DNA of 42,086 nucleotides from Octopus sinensis (Eukaryota). Made by a program: the position numbers and the translations under genes. Of the stretch, positions 11,599 to 24,189 are shown in pieces (within the stretch, counting starts at the first letter, position 1; every line of letters begins with the position of its first letter). The notes beneath the pieces were generated by a model. The model ran no database searches. It was not told the origin of the DNA and worked only from the letters and a program-made list of their open reading frames with translations. The DNA lies in the NCBI RefSeq assembly GCF_006345805.1, contig NW_021835221.1, positions 1 to 42,086 of the forward strand. Reading direction: 5' to 3'.

Positions 11599-11882
11599 CG
11601 GAAAGATAGTCAAAAAGATAGACAGATAGAGAGAGAGAGAGACAGACAGAGACAAAGAGACGGACAGACAGATAGAAGCAACTGTACAGGTAGATATATG
11701 TGCATACTTATATTCGCTTGCATACAATATGCGGTACACCTTGGCCCACATTCAGTGAATAAACTTACATACACGCGCATACATACATACATGCATGCAT
11801 ACATACATACATACATACATACATACATACATACATACATACATACATACATAATACATACATACACGCATACATACATACA

Positions 11883-11913
<31 letters not shown>

Positions 11914-11937
11914 CATACATACATACATGCATGCATG

Positions 11938-11969
<32 letters not shown>

Positions 11970-11971
11970 TA

Positions 11972-12453
11972 CTATTGAGAAATCTGCAGTTACTCTATGC
12001 AGATTACAAGTTCAGGATTATACCTGTAATTATTGGGGTCCTGGGATATGTAACACACTGCCTAAATATTAATCTTGAGAAATTAGGCTTTTCAAAACCA
12101 GAAACGAGAAAGCTATTTCGAAGGCTACAGATCCATTCCATCACTGGAACTGTAAAAATCTAAAACTTTCCAGAAGTTTAGCATTTAAATATATATGAGC
12201 AAGTCTAGATATGCAACTATATGCATGAGAATATATACATAAAGCATACATATCTGCACATACAAACATACATACATACATACATACATACATACATACA
12301 TACATACATACATACATACATACATACATACATACATACAAGAATTCCCTGTTGTTGATGTCAAAATTCCAATGAAGTAACTTTGGATCTAGGTTAGAAA
12401 CCGGTTCTTTCTCTGTTGGCAAGAAATCTTGAAATAAGACTGAACAATAACAT
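11972..12453 (+). mobile_element. 3' fragment of a second RLE-type (R4/NeSL-like) non-LTR element in (CATA)n
   Basis: LLRNLQLLYADYKFRIIPVIIGVLGYVTHCLNINLEKLGFSKPETRKLFRRLQIHSITGTVKI has the same PV(V/I)IG(A/V)LG C-terminal motif as 3166-3680. CATA repeats lie before it and within the UTR. Confidence 0.7.
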
Positions 12454-12828
12454 AAACACACGCGCATATATGTTAACATGTAGGTGCGGGCGTGGCCATG
12501 TGGTAAGAAGTCTGCGTCCAAACCACATGGCTCCGGACCTGGAATTAAACAACCACAAACACATCTACAAACATGCACACTCATTGATTCATATGCACGT
12601 ACTCACACACACACACACCACACACACACACACAGAGAATTTCATGCATAAAACCCAATTCATCCCTAAATTTACTTTTCCAATCACAAGGCCACAAATA
12701 TGATTACACCTAAGTCCGCGTCTTTGGCTACATGCAGTTCCGCACGCATAAATACATAAATGCGTGAATTAATATAATTAAAACAACTACCACAATCATC
12801 ACCACCATCCCACATCTACGTATGTGTA

Positions 12829-12896
<68 letters not shown>

Positions 12897-13269
12897 AATA
12901 CTTTTTTTTTAATTTTTATTTTTATCTAGTTTCAGCTCACAAGCTGTGGCCATGCTGGGGCACCGCCATTTGGTGTTGCTACATGATTTTACTTCACAAT
13001 GCTTTTTAGCAATTGCCATTTGGTGCATGAAAGAGTTCGATGCAGCTGCCCTCATCTGCACCTCCTGCCGTGAAGTCCATATATATATATATATATATAT
13101 GTTTATAAATATTACACGCAGCCATATATATATATATGCATACATGTGTATATTTTTGCATGTATATATTTCATGTGTGTGTGAGTGATATGTGATATAT
13201 ATGTGTGTATGTATGTATACTATAATCTCTGCATGCGTGTGTATGCTTGTGTAGTCAACAAAGAGAAGT

Positions 13270-15440
13270 GCTGTTACCTAAATTCTTTTGGCAAGGGCAG
13301 TGAAAAGCCTCCTCGATGCCAACCCCACAAGTGCAACTAATTCAACAGAAAGAGCAGCAAACAACCAGAGCGAAACCAAAACCAGAACGAAGGCGGTGAA
13401 GCGCTCAACCGCCACCATTTTCGAACACAGACAACAAACACAAATACACACATTGGTGGAGCAAACTGCAGCCTTGTCCGATTTCTTGTTGAATGACAAG
13501 GAACAGGAAGAGAAGATTGAACAAAATAGGTTAGCCAAGGGACCAAAAGGGACCAACTCATGTCCCAAAAACAAAATGTAAAGCAGTAGAGCAAACAGCA
13601 AGGAATTTGATCCCAAGACATCGACGATCGCAACTACCAATCAATATCAAGAATAACAAAAAGTAACCAAAACTGAAATCAACAACAACAAAACCTTAAA
13701 CGCCAAGAAGAGAAACCAATCTCATAACTACACCAAGAACAGCAGCAGCAGCAGCAAAGCATGTCAAATACAAACAGACACAGAAGAATATAAAAGTCAC
13801 AAATATAAACTGACAAATCCACAAACACATTTTGCTAAACGTTTAGAGAAAGTCAGAATAAGAGAGGATCCTTTTTAAACCGCCATCTGGTGTGAGAATG
13901 TCTATAAACATACACACTCCAGTAAAGAAATGTTCAAATGATGTGGGACACAGCACAGTAAAATGAAACAAAAAACCTCTGGTGGTAATAATTTTCAACG
14001 CACTCCAGCTCATTTGAAAGACCCAATTAATTGCCTGTCCTTTTTCACAATTGACCGCTCTCACTTCCCATTTCTCGAGCCACCACGAGAATACTCAGCG
14101 TAAGGAGTATAAATGTTCGTAGCTTGAAGTTACCTTGGAAGAAAGATGACTTGTCCAAAGATCCAAGCTCACTAGATATAGATGTGGTCGAAATTAGTGA
14201 GACCAGAATTTCGTGACGTTCGCCTTTACACACACCTTTAACGTCCACGAGTTGTACCTTTTCCAAGCCTACATTAATCGGAAAGCAGTGTGTGTGGTAG
14301 TGTCATTTTAAAACGATTTAGATTTCGAGGTGTTGAAAATCTTACAAGACACGAATTTGAATTGGGCAGTGCTGAGCGTGAGCATCAGAGAAAGCGCTGC
14401 CTTCAGACAAGTGTCCATCTAAGCCTTGATGAAGGCCAGATGGTTGGATCTTTTCAGGTATCCGATAACCTTTTTCAGTACGTTCAATTCGTTAGTGCCA
14501 GTGAAAGACCGAAAAGGAATTTTAAATGCATACTCGGATCGTGTGGAGTAAGCGCTAAGAATAGAAAGGGATGTAAAAGTGTAATCTGCTCAGATAATCT
14601 CGCCGTTCGACAGACCCGATTGGATTTCACGAATATGCCAATGTAGGAAGGGGTCATCTAGGTCATAACAAGATGGTATATCTGTATGGTTAAGGGGCAG
14701 AAATAAAATAGGAGTATCCACAAATTCAACCGGTCGGCAACGCAGTCTGCAAATGTGTGATCAGCGTGGCCAATTTATAAACAAGGACCCGTCTACAGGA
14801 AACCGAGCACTTCGTTCTCAGTGGGCAGTCTAATTAAATAGTTGGTTAGGTGGGGTGGGAGATGCTGGTCAGTAACAAGTGGTTCAGTGATTTAAAGAGT
14901 GTTAATCAAAAGAATCAATGAGATTTAGGAAAGAAGTAAAGATAAAGAAAAATAAGTAAAAAGTGGAACGAGCGGACAAATTAGAGAAGAGGCTTTAAAA
15001 AGACAAACGTAATCGGACATAGGAGAGGCAAGAAAGGTTTTTGAGCATTTCTTCAATTGGGAACACGGAGGTGAAGGTGTCAGAGATCAGATACGTGCTC
15101 TAAAAACATGAAAGAACGAAACTAATTGGAAACACCCAGGTGGCAGAGGTGCAGTGTGGCATGAAAGACACAGTTCGGTCTTTGATGGACTGGCACAAGT
15201 GTGTGCTATGAATTTCAAGCATTACGGGACCCTAAGCCTGGTGGATCAGTTAAGTTGTTTGTAACAGGCTTTGCTCCAGACGTCCAGAATAATAGGAACG
15301 TGGATGACGAGCACAGGGATCACCCTCATCCAGAAGTGGTCTGAGATATAAAAGTTCGGGCAGAGGTAACACACGCGTAGATTGTTCTGATAGTCATATT
15401 TCGCCATGAGTAGAACAGATATTCTCTTGCCGCTTGTGAA
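13270..15440 (+). mobile_element. Highly decayed Tx1/L1-like LINE (low-complexity ORF1-like region, then APE endonuclease start of ORF2)
   Basis: 14091-14213 reads ILSVRSINVRSLKLPWKKDDLSKDPSSLDIDVVEISETRIS, the NVRxL...D...ET motif of APE endonucleases. Many stops and frameshifts follow. Boundaries are approximate and the element may continue past the SINE at 15452. Confidence 0.65.
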
Positions 15441-15451
15441 AGGGATATATT

Positions 15452-15695
15452 CCTATTTCTATTTCTTTACTACCCACAAGGGGCTAAACACAGAGGGGAC
15501 AAACAAGGACAGACAGACAAACGGATTAAGTTGATTACATCGACCCCAGTGCGTAACTGGTACTTAATTTATCGACCCCGAAAGGATGAAAGGCAAAGTC
15601 AACCTCGGCAGAATTTGAACTCAGAACGTAGCGGCAGACAAAATACGGCTACGCATTTCGCCCGGCGTACTAACGTTTCTGCCAGCTCGCCGCCC
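15452..15695 (-). mobile_element. SINE family A, full length
   Basis: Reverse complement of 7771-7989, with an intact head ggcggcgagctggcagaaacgttag. Confidence 0.9.
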
Positions 15696-16065
15696 TCGAG
15701 CGGTCAACAGGTCCATCTGATGACAATACACTCTGTACAAAGGGTTTGGAACGTTGTAGCTGATGACATCCTCGGCTATAGCATAGACATTCACAGATGT
15801 GGATACCTAAATGGTGAGCAGGTATGGTCGCGCTTTTCTGGCCATCTTTTTCCACAGAACTTCACTTTAATCCTTAGTTGAGCAAAAACCAAATGGTCAA
15901 TTCGGTAGGATTCCTTCTACCTTAGCATTCTACAACGTTTCAGGTGAAACACTGGACATCGACGAGGATTAACTCGTTTGTTTTGGAGAACTCTCAGCCC
16001 TGGATCATGCACACACGCCAAGTATATCAATATATATACAAGTATCGCAATATATATATATATAT

Positions 16066-16377
16066 ATCACTGCGATCACCGTGACCGACCAGGCTATCAG
16101 ATGTTGCTACACATCGCTAGTCACAATGCGCTTCGCATTGTTTTTAGCCTTCAAATGACGCCACCCCGCCGGCTAAGCGAGCATGGCAACAGAAGAAAGA
16201 GTGAAAGAAAGTTGTGGCGAAAGAGTACAGCAGGGATCGTCATCACCCCCACTGCTGGAGCCTCGTGGAACTTTAGGTGTTTTCGCTCAATAAACACTCA
16301 CAACGCGCGGTCTGAGAACCGAAACAGCGATCCTACAACCACGAGTCCGCTGCCCAACCACTGGGCCATTGCGCCTC

Positions 16378-16380
<3 letters not shown>
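16066..16380 (-). mobile_element. SINE family C, full length, tRNA-derived, in (TA)n
   Basis: Minus-strand head gtggaggcgcaatggcccagtggttgggcagcggactc has A-box TGGCCCAGTGG and a degenerate B-box gtttcggttct. Its 3' part is shared with 811-929. Confidence 0.85.
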
Positions 16381-16468
<88 letters not shown>

Positions 16469-17052
16469 CGTGTGCGTGTGCGTGTGGGTGTACGGTGGGA
16501 TCACAGTGAACAAGATTTAATCTTCTCTCTTCGCTCCTTTGCGCCACATGGGCTCAACTCCATTCCTCTCTTCCTCTGACACCTACTTCCTCTCTTCACT
16601 CCTATCCGCCTCTCTTCATTGATACCACCCACAACCCTACCTGTACCCATACACCTCTATCCCCACCCGCACATCCCCACAACACACTACTACTACTGTT
16701 CATGCTACTACTGTTGTTATTACTACTACAATTACTACCCTTACTAGCCTTACTTCTGCTGCTGCTGCTGTTGCTACTACTACTATTACTACTAGAGTTG
16801 TGAAAGAAATGAGTCAAGAAACTAAAAAAATATATACATAAAAACAAAATGTATGTATCAGGCAAAAATAGAGACATCCCGAGATTTAAATGGGGTCAGC
16901 TTTCGTTTTCCTATTTTTTAAAAGGAAAGCGTAAAATTAATTAAAATGGCTGAAATTTAAGCAATAAAAATAAAACTAACTAAAAATTATCTCCGGTACT
17001 GATGAAACTCCAAAGAGGAATAAAAATGGTAAACAATAAAATCATATATATA

Positions 17053-17160
<108 letters not shown>

Positions 17161-17722
17161 CAATAAAAAGGGTTTTAGAAATTCTGAATTTTGAGAATTG
17201 AGGTTATAAAAAATTATTTCTAAAGTCAAGTGACAAAGTAATATCTAAAATTGTGTGTATATGTGCGTGCGTTTTATGTGCATGTATGTATATTTATGCA
17301 TATATATTTATGTGTATATATATAATGTACAACAGTTTCAATAGTTTGAAGTCAATAGTGATAATAAAGGCATTTGAAAAAACAGAAAAATAAGGAAAGG
17401 AAATCTGAAATATATTTAATAAACATATAAAAGAAGAGACGGTGAGAGAGAAAGGAATGAAGGGAGGGAAAGGAAGAGAAGGAGAAATTGGTAGTGAGGG
17501 TGAGGAACCCGAAACCAAAAGTGAAAAGCCTGTCTCTCTTTGTCTGCCTGTCAATTTCTCTCTCTTTCTCTCACTTTCACTTTCTCTCTCACGCGCGCGT
17601 GCACGTACAGCCCCTATCATTAGTATCAAATCGTCTGTTAAGGTTTTTGATTTCAATTGAACTATTTTTTCGTTGTTCAATGTTTATACACACACACACA
17701 CAGAGGCACTCACTCAGAGGCA

Positions 17723-17770
<48 letters not shown>

Positions 17771-18507
17771 CATGCATACACACGTATTAGCTCATCTATT
17801 TTACTGTATTTTATTTTTATGTGACTATTTTAAAACGGAAGCTGTCTCATTACGCCTGACATTGGTTTCTTGCTTCCGTCGTTGTTTTGGTCAAGATCAA
17901 AAAACAGAAAGGGTCAGTAGTCTTTATTATTATTATTATAATCGTTTAACAGTGTTTTAAAATATGAAAGCAGGTAGGGTCGAGGTCACGACCTTTAGAA
18001 GGCCTCTCCCTCTCTCCTTTCCTTACTCTCTCCATCCCATTGGCAGAAGTTTAATGATTTTAGGCTTGTGTTTATTGATTTTCTTTAGCAATTATACAAG
18101 ATCCTCATAAAAGATTGGAGCAATATCGTTGGTAGCAACCAGGAGTCTCGGCTCTTGACTGGCGATGGATTTCCTTGACGCACAAAGGGGGTAAAAAAGG
18201 GAAGTCGGCACTGGATGGGATTTGAACTCACAACTGATATAATGGTTGATTGCCAACTAAATGCGTAGTTGGTAATCAACGGTAGTTTCGGCACCAGTGT
18301 CACAATGCGGCACAATGAGCAAGACATCCATCTCCCATAGTTTAAGATTAGCTAATCGTTAGTGAGTAAAATTTTGCTGATGCCCCAACAATGCGAAGTA
18401 TTATATATATATACATACAGAGAGAGAGAGAGAGAGAGAGTGAGAGAGAGAGAGAGAGAGAGGGAGAGATAACCAACGACAGACAGACAGATATATTAAT
18501 ACATACG

Positions 18508-18552
<45 letters not shown>

Positions 18553-18611
18553 GATAAAGAGAGAGAGAAAACCAGAGACAGACAAATAGACATATGTGTG
18601 TGTGTGTATAT

Positions 18612-18649
<38 letters not shown>

Positions 18650-18799
18650 GCAGAGACAGATAGACAAACATACATACACACATACATACATACACGTATA
18701 TGCACACATACATATATACACGTACATACACGCATGCATACACACACACAAACGCACACTTGTATGCATTTCTTCTACTTCTCATTATTATTACTTTCG

Positions 18800-18985
18800 T
18801 CGTTAGCGTGCCGGGCGATATGCTTAGCGATATTTCGTCAGCAGCTATGTTCTGAGTTCAAATTCTGCCGAGGTCAACTTTGCCTTTCATCCTTTGGTGT
18901 CACAGTGAAGCACTGGGGTCGATGTAATCGACTGGTTCCCCTTCTCCAGATTTCAGGCCTTATGTCCATAGTAGAAAGGATTATT
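18800..18985 (+). mobile_element. SINE family A2
   Basis: tcgttagcgtgccgggcga...gagttcaaattctgccgaggtcaactttgcctttcatcc...gtagaaagg followed by (ATT)n. Confidence 0.8.
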
Positions 18986-19127
18986 ATTATCACTATTATT
19001 ATCATTATTATTATTATTATTAATATTATTATTATTATCATTATTATTATCACTATTATTATCATTATTATTATCATTATTATTATTACTAATATTATTA
19101 TTATTATCATTATTATCAATATTATTA

Positions 19128-19172
<45 letters not shown>

Positions 19173-19206
19173 CATTATTATTATTATCATTATTATTATT
19201 ATTATT

Positions 19207-19421
19207 GAGTGAGAGAGCAGTTCATGCCATCAAAGTGACACTGGGGTAAAATATACGAAGCCCAATATACCCATCATGACTACCCGTCTGATAAAGGTAC
19301 ACCAGGCACATGCATCACAACCATATGTGCGCGACATGGTGATCTCATATCAAGATAAACAGCACATGACCTTGCAGGTGGGGCCCAGTTAGAATTTTCT
19401 TCAGGTTGAGTAGCCCATCCC
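19207..19421 (-). mobile_element. Repeat family D, 3' fragment
   Basis: Reverse complement of ~4735-4950. Abuts (ATT)n. Confidence 0.85.
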
Positions 19422-19422
19422 T

Positions 19423-19570
19423 AGTGCGTAACTGGTATTTAATGTATCGACCCCGAAAGGATGAAAGGCAAAGTCGACCTCGGCAGAATTTGAACTCAGA
19501 ACGTAACGGCAGACGAAATACCGCTAAGCATTTCGCTCGACGTGCTAACGATTCTGCCATCTCGCCGCCT
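19423..19570 (-). mobile_element. SINE A head and body fused directly to the D fragment
   Basis: Matches ~15548-15695. The SINE tail is replaced by D sequence. Confidence 0.85.
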
Positions 19571-19877
19571 TTTTTCCAACTATGTTTCTGTCTGATTAGA
19601 AAGCAGAGCAAGAAAAGCAAAATAACTGGGGGCGGGGGGGGAGGTTTAAAAACAGAAGGAACAAAATAGAAAAGAACCCCAGCACCACATCGACCACAAA
19701 CAGCGCCAATTCAACAGCAACCAGCACACCATTGTCACCACCGCCTCCATTAACAACAACATAAACAAAACAGCAAGGAACACGCAGGATAAAACTCAAC
19801 AAATATAGAAACCCGACAATGACCAGAAGGAAAACAGCGCGAACTAAATACTCAAGTTCACTCACAACAACAACATT

Positions 19878-20191
19878 TAGTAAAGTTCTATATTTAAGAG
19901 ATGAGGAATTATGCACATTATTTACATTTGATGGATATTTGTCCTCATCTTGTTTGTTGTTAACACAACATTTCGGCTGAAATACCCTCCAGCCTTCATC
20001 AGGTGTCTTGGAGAACTTTTGAACCTGGGTTCTCATTCCTAAGGTATTTTTCGATGTTGTTGTTATTATTATTATTATTATTATCATTATTGTTATTCAG
20101 ATCACTGCCTGGAATCGAACTTGGAACCTTGGGGTTAGTAGCCCGCGCTCTTAACCACTACGCCATATGTCCGTGGGCATATGGCGTAGTG
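19878..20191 (-). mobile_element. tRNA-headed SINE-like element carrying a hammerhead ribozyme, with an inverted 5' end
   Basis: Minus from 20172: A-box TGGCGTAGTGG, anticodon-like arm GGG-CTACTAA-CCC, B-box GTTCGATTC, (AAT)n linker, then HHR at 20007-19962. 17-bp inverted repeat 20156-20172/20175-20191. Confidence 0.75.
19962..20007 (-). ncRNA. Minimal type I hammerhead ribozyme motif
   Basis: GACAC CTGATGA A GGCTG gagggtattt CAGCC GAAA TG TT GTGTT. Stem I GACAC/GTGTT, stem II GGCTG/CAGCC. Stem III AATGTT is one transition from the palindrome AACGTT. Confidence 0.75.
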
Positions 20192-21267
20192 CACCCACAA
20201 ACAATTTGTAGCTAAAAACAACAAAAAAAAAGAAATACAAGAAAAAAATTAAAGCAATGCTATTTTACATAGGATAAATTGGCAACATAGAGACAGGGGG
20301 AAGGTTTCCGATAAAAGCATTGTGGAAGACCTAAAATTGGTAAAGCTGGAAACAGATAGATATAATCCTCGTAGAGGGAAACTTTAGGATTTCCTTAGGG
20401 AACATTACGCAGAATGATTTTTCTAAACCCGATTGTCTATAGAAAAAGCATTAAGGTAGGTGACCCTCCTGTTTGTTTCTTCTTTCCTATCAACAAAGCA
20501 GCTTTAATAGTGGGTTGCATAAATGCAAGTGGCCTAACTGAGCGTGGGATGGTCATCAGTGAGATCAGGATTTCCGTCATACGTGCCGTGGCAACAACCA
20601 CTTTTGATGACTTTGAGACATGTTCGATGTGGGGTACAGTACGGAGGAACCGGTTAAATTTCTCGGGTTTGATACAGGCCTAAGAAATGAAGAGAGGTGA
20701 TATGCAAAATGGCCACTCTCATCTAGAAATGGGCTGAAAGATGTCTCAGAAGGGTAGGGCAGAGGTGGAGGACACCAACATTGCAACCACCATCTATTAA
20801 CACCTGAATATCGTACCTTGTCCAGCTTCATTCCTGACAAGAATGGAACTCTTGTACTTTCGCTTGTTGTGTACGAGATGTGTTCCTGACGACCTCCGCT
20901 ACAAGGAGGACTGGGTTTGCCGTGGCTAATAATATGCAGACATGAGCTACAGCTGCGACATCTTCAGCGTTCCTTGACAGCAGGAGTGGTTGCCACATGT
21001 CATCCATTTCACAGAGATGTACTCGTAGATCAAGTGTAAACGGAGGTAGGGTGAAATATGCCGTTTTATCAGCAGAACTTGAAGTAGACAGAGCTATAAA
21101 TACTAGCGAGTGGAATATTGAATTAAAAAAAACCCGTTAGATAGACAAAAAATCGAAGGCTGTACTTGGGACACGAACCCACATCTGTGAACACAACACA
21201 TGTGCTATCAAGGATTTCGAATGTTCAGGTTCCAACTCTTTTTCTCACTAAAAGTTTTTCAATCCGA

Positions 21268-21470
21268 TATTCTGGTGCTGAGAAGCTCCTGGCATTAAGA
21301 CTATCGCGAAAAACCTCCCTAATTCTTTTACAGGGTTTAGAAAAAAACTGAAGGACCGCTGCAATAAATGAGTGAATTTGTGAGGGAAATATATTAGATA
21401 AAATCATAATTAACTGATCCTTTTGTATTTTCCTTTACCTAAAGCCAGGAACTTTTCAGCACCCTTCCTG
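21268..21470. mobile_element. ~200-bp MITE with mariner-like terminal inverted repeats
   Basis: ggtgctgagaagctcctggcatta (21274-97) and taaagccaggaacttttcagcacc (21440-63) are 21/24 complementary. The right end is followed by TA. Confidence 0.7.
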
Positions 21471-23050
21471 TACATATACAAACGCATACAAGGAGACAAA
21501 CCGACAAGAGTACAAACGACATATATTGTTAATTTTCACTCACCGGCAAAGGGACATAACTGCCTGTGGTTGGAGCTCGGCATGACGCCATGTTTTGACC
21601 TCCACATATCTACGAAAATAAGTAGAAATATTACGAATTTAGTATTTTTATTTGGTACGAATAAATATTTCAACAAGTTTTTTTATGATCGTAATCGATA
21701 GTATCATTCAACATTGTCATAGACGCTATTTACCAGTCTCTCTGGCAACAAGAATGGAAAGTACATAAATGGCATTGGAAAGAATGGGACCTGTAGTGAA
21801 CAAAGAAAGACCTGGGGAAAGCAGATATGCGAATTAACGCTGACACTGGGTTAAAACAAACCGGTATTTTTGGAAGGAAATTGTCCATGGACGATAGGTA
21901 CATGAAAGGTGAGGTTGATTACGAAGAGTATTCTTCGATCACAAATGATTCATCATAATAATAATGAAATTATTGTATACAGTGCTCAGGTGCACCACAG
22001 ATCATAATAAGGATTTCAATGACGTAGAACGCACTAAATATTTCATTTCAAAATTTAATTTCGTTCCCAGAATACACAAGGTTCTGGCTTCAAATCCATT
22101 GATAGTTAAGTTAAATTTATGAAAGAAAAAAGTAGAAAGAGCGAAAGAAAGTCTAGTGACTGCTGATGCATTGTTTCTGCGGGAATTTGGTCATTCCAAT
22201 GAATTATGCTATCTTGCTTCGTCAGAGCAAGCATTGCAGGCATATTCTACAAACTTTATTGAATTGCAGAAATCCAAATAGATGTGTGCATTGAAGGTCA
22301 GGAACTACCCATCTATTGTCATTTTCACGCTGTCCAACCAAGGTCTTGAAGCTTCCATTCTTCAGTGTACTTCAGTGAGAATGGTAGACATCTTCACCAG
22401 TTTAGTTCTTCTTAGAAACCAAATTCTCCTTGCATCATAAAATTCCTATAAATCATCTGAATTCTAAATATATCGAAGAGACCATTCTCCCCGCAAGAGT
22501 CTGGAAGCTTTGCAGATATAAAGGAAACAATTCCAAAGTTTTCGATCTTATTTCTAAACCAAATAAAAATGTCTGCCTGTAGCCAGCTGCCTTTTTCTGT
22601 GGCACTAGTGATGAGACATCATTTACAGCAAACTTGTTCCATAAACGACTTCATTTGTTCATGGCCGAAATTTGAAGAAGCATTCCCAAAATTTGAAACT
22701 TCCAGTTGATTAAATAAATTAGTTGATAAGCTAATTTCTAACTGATGAACTTATCAAATCTCGTAAGCAAATGCTTTACATTTATCTAAAGTTCGTTTAT
22801 ATATGAATGTGTGCGTATGTGTGTAAATGTGCGTGCGCACACACACATTCACGCGCACACATATATATAAAAATGTATTTAAGGGTATTTTTTTTCGTGT
22901 GCGCACATGTTTGTATATCCTATACAAAGTACAGGGGAAGGGTTCTGTTAGTATATCACAGCAACAGCTTTCAGAGGGATAATTTAGCCCACACACATAC
23001 TTACCAAAATGTATTTACCTAAGCAGGTAGTGTGTGTGTGTGTATGTATG

Positions 23051-23083
<33 letters not shown>

Positions 23084-23239
23084 TATATATATGTATGTAT
23101 ATATGTATATATATATATATGTGTGTTTGTGTGTGTGTATGTATGTGTGTGTGTATATAGCTATATGTATATATTTACTCAAGGAGTAGGACATCAATCG
23201 AATCGCGCAATCCTTCAAAGATACTCATCAATACTCATA

Positions 23240-23400
23240 GATTACCAGAATCGGTAGAGCGTCGCAAAAAACACTTAACGCTATTTAGTTACGGAGTTTT
23301 GTGCTTTGAACAGCAGAGAATCCGTTCGGAGATCAATAAAATGCAGTAGCAGTCGAATACTGGACTCGATTTAATCGATTAACATCTTCCTACATCTTTC
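23240..23400 (+). mobile_element. Very diverged SINE A-like relic
   Basis: cagaatcggtagagcgtcg...atcaataaaatgcagtagcagtcgaatactggactcgatttaatcgatt parallels the SINE A head and body. Confidence 0.5.
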
Positions 23401-23569
23401 TAACATTATGCTTACGTCAGCAATTATTATTATTATTTCGATTATCCTTGGCGGACATCTTGTACCGGCAAGACGACATCTCCCTCACCACCCCGCTTTT
23501 ATATTTTTAACCTTTGTCTACTTTTTATATTTCCCTTCCTTTTCATTGTACACTTCGTATACTTATTCC

Positions 23570-23609
<40 letters not shown>

Positions 23610-23923
23610 ATTTATCATTTTATTATATGTAACCCCCCACACATGCACACACACTATATATATATATATCTGTTTTGCATTGTCTCACTCATCCTATGCC
23701 CTGGTGGCAAATAAATGAAATTATTGTTATTATTATTATACTCTCACATATATACATATTTTCATATAAAGAAACGTACACATAAGCCTCAATATCGCAT
23801 TCTCAATGAAAATCGAATCTTCAGTCATAGATATATACACACTGACATACATATACATATATATACACATACGCATACATATGTATATATATATACATAT
23901 ATATACACATACGCATACATATG

Positions 23924-23978
<55 letters not shown>

Positions 23979-24027
23979 ATATATATATACACATACATGT
24001 ATATATATATATATAATATATATATAC

Positions 24028-24069
<42 letters not shown>

Positions 24070-24189
24070 TATATATACACACATATATATACACATACAT
24101 GCATACAAATACATACATGCGCTGCATACACATATACACCTTTCCTTCTGAACATGCGGATGCGTACATATGGTAATGTTTTACAGAAG

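Larger units (their letters stand above)
19575..21060 (+). mobile_element. Second decayed Tx1/L1-like LINE, interrupted at 19878-20191
   Basis: A/C-rich ORF1-like stretch, then LIVGCINASGLTERGMVISEIRIS (~20500-20576), which parallels the APE start at 14091. Boundaries are approximate. Confidence 0.5.

Noticed and set aside
12365-12411. Hammerhead-like fold in the RLE element 3' UTR (CCAATGA..TAACTT/AGGTTA GAAACCGGTT)
   Set aside because: Two essential core positions differ from CTGATGA and stem I is unconvincing. Worth rechecking only on the family consensus.
20100-20172. Functional tRNA gene (anticodon ACT)
   Set aside because: Acceptor, anticodon and T stems pair poorly and it continues into a repeat body. 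Treated as a SINE head.
21438-21470. AG...GT-bounded micro-exon on the minus strand
   Set aside because: It coincides with the right terminal inverted repeat of the mariner-like MITE.
22080-22740. Unique-looking stretch as exon or transposase
   Set aside because: No ORF of 60 codons or more in the track and no motif I could recognise in the frame I translated.
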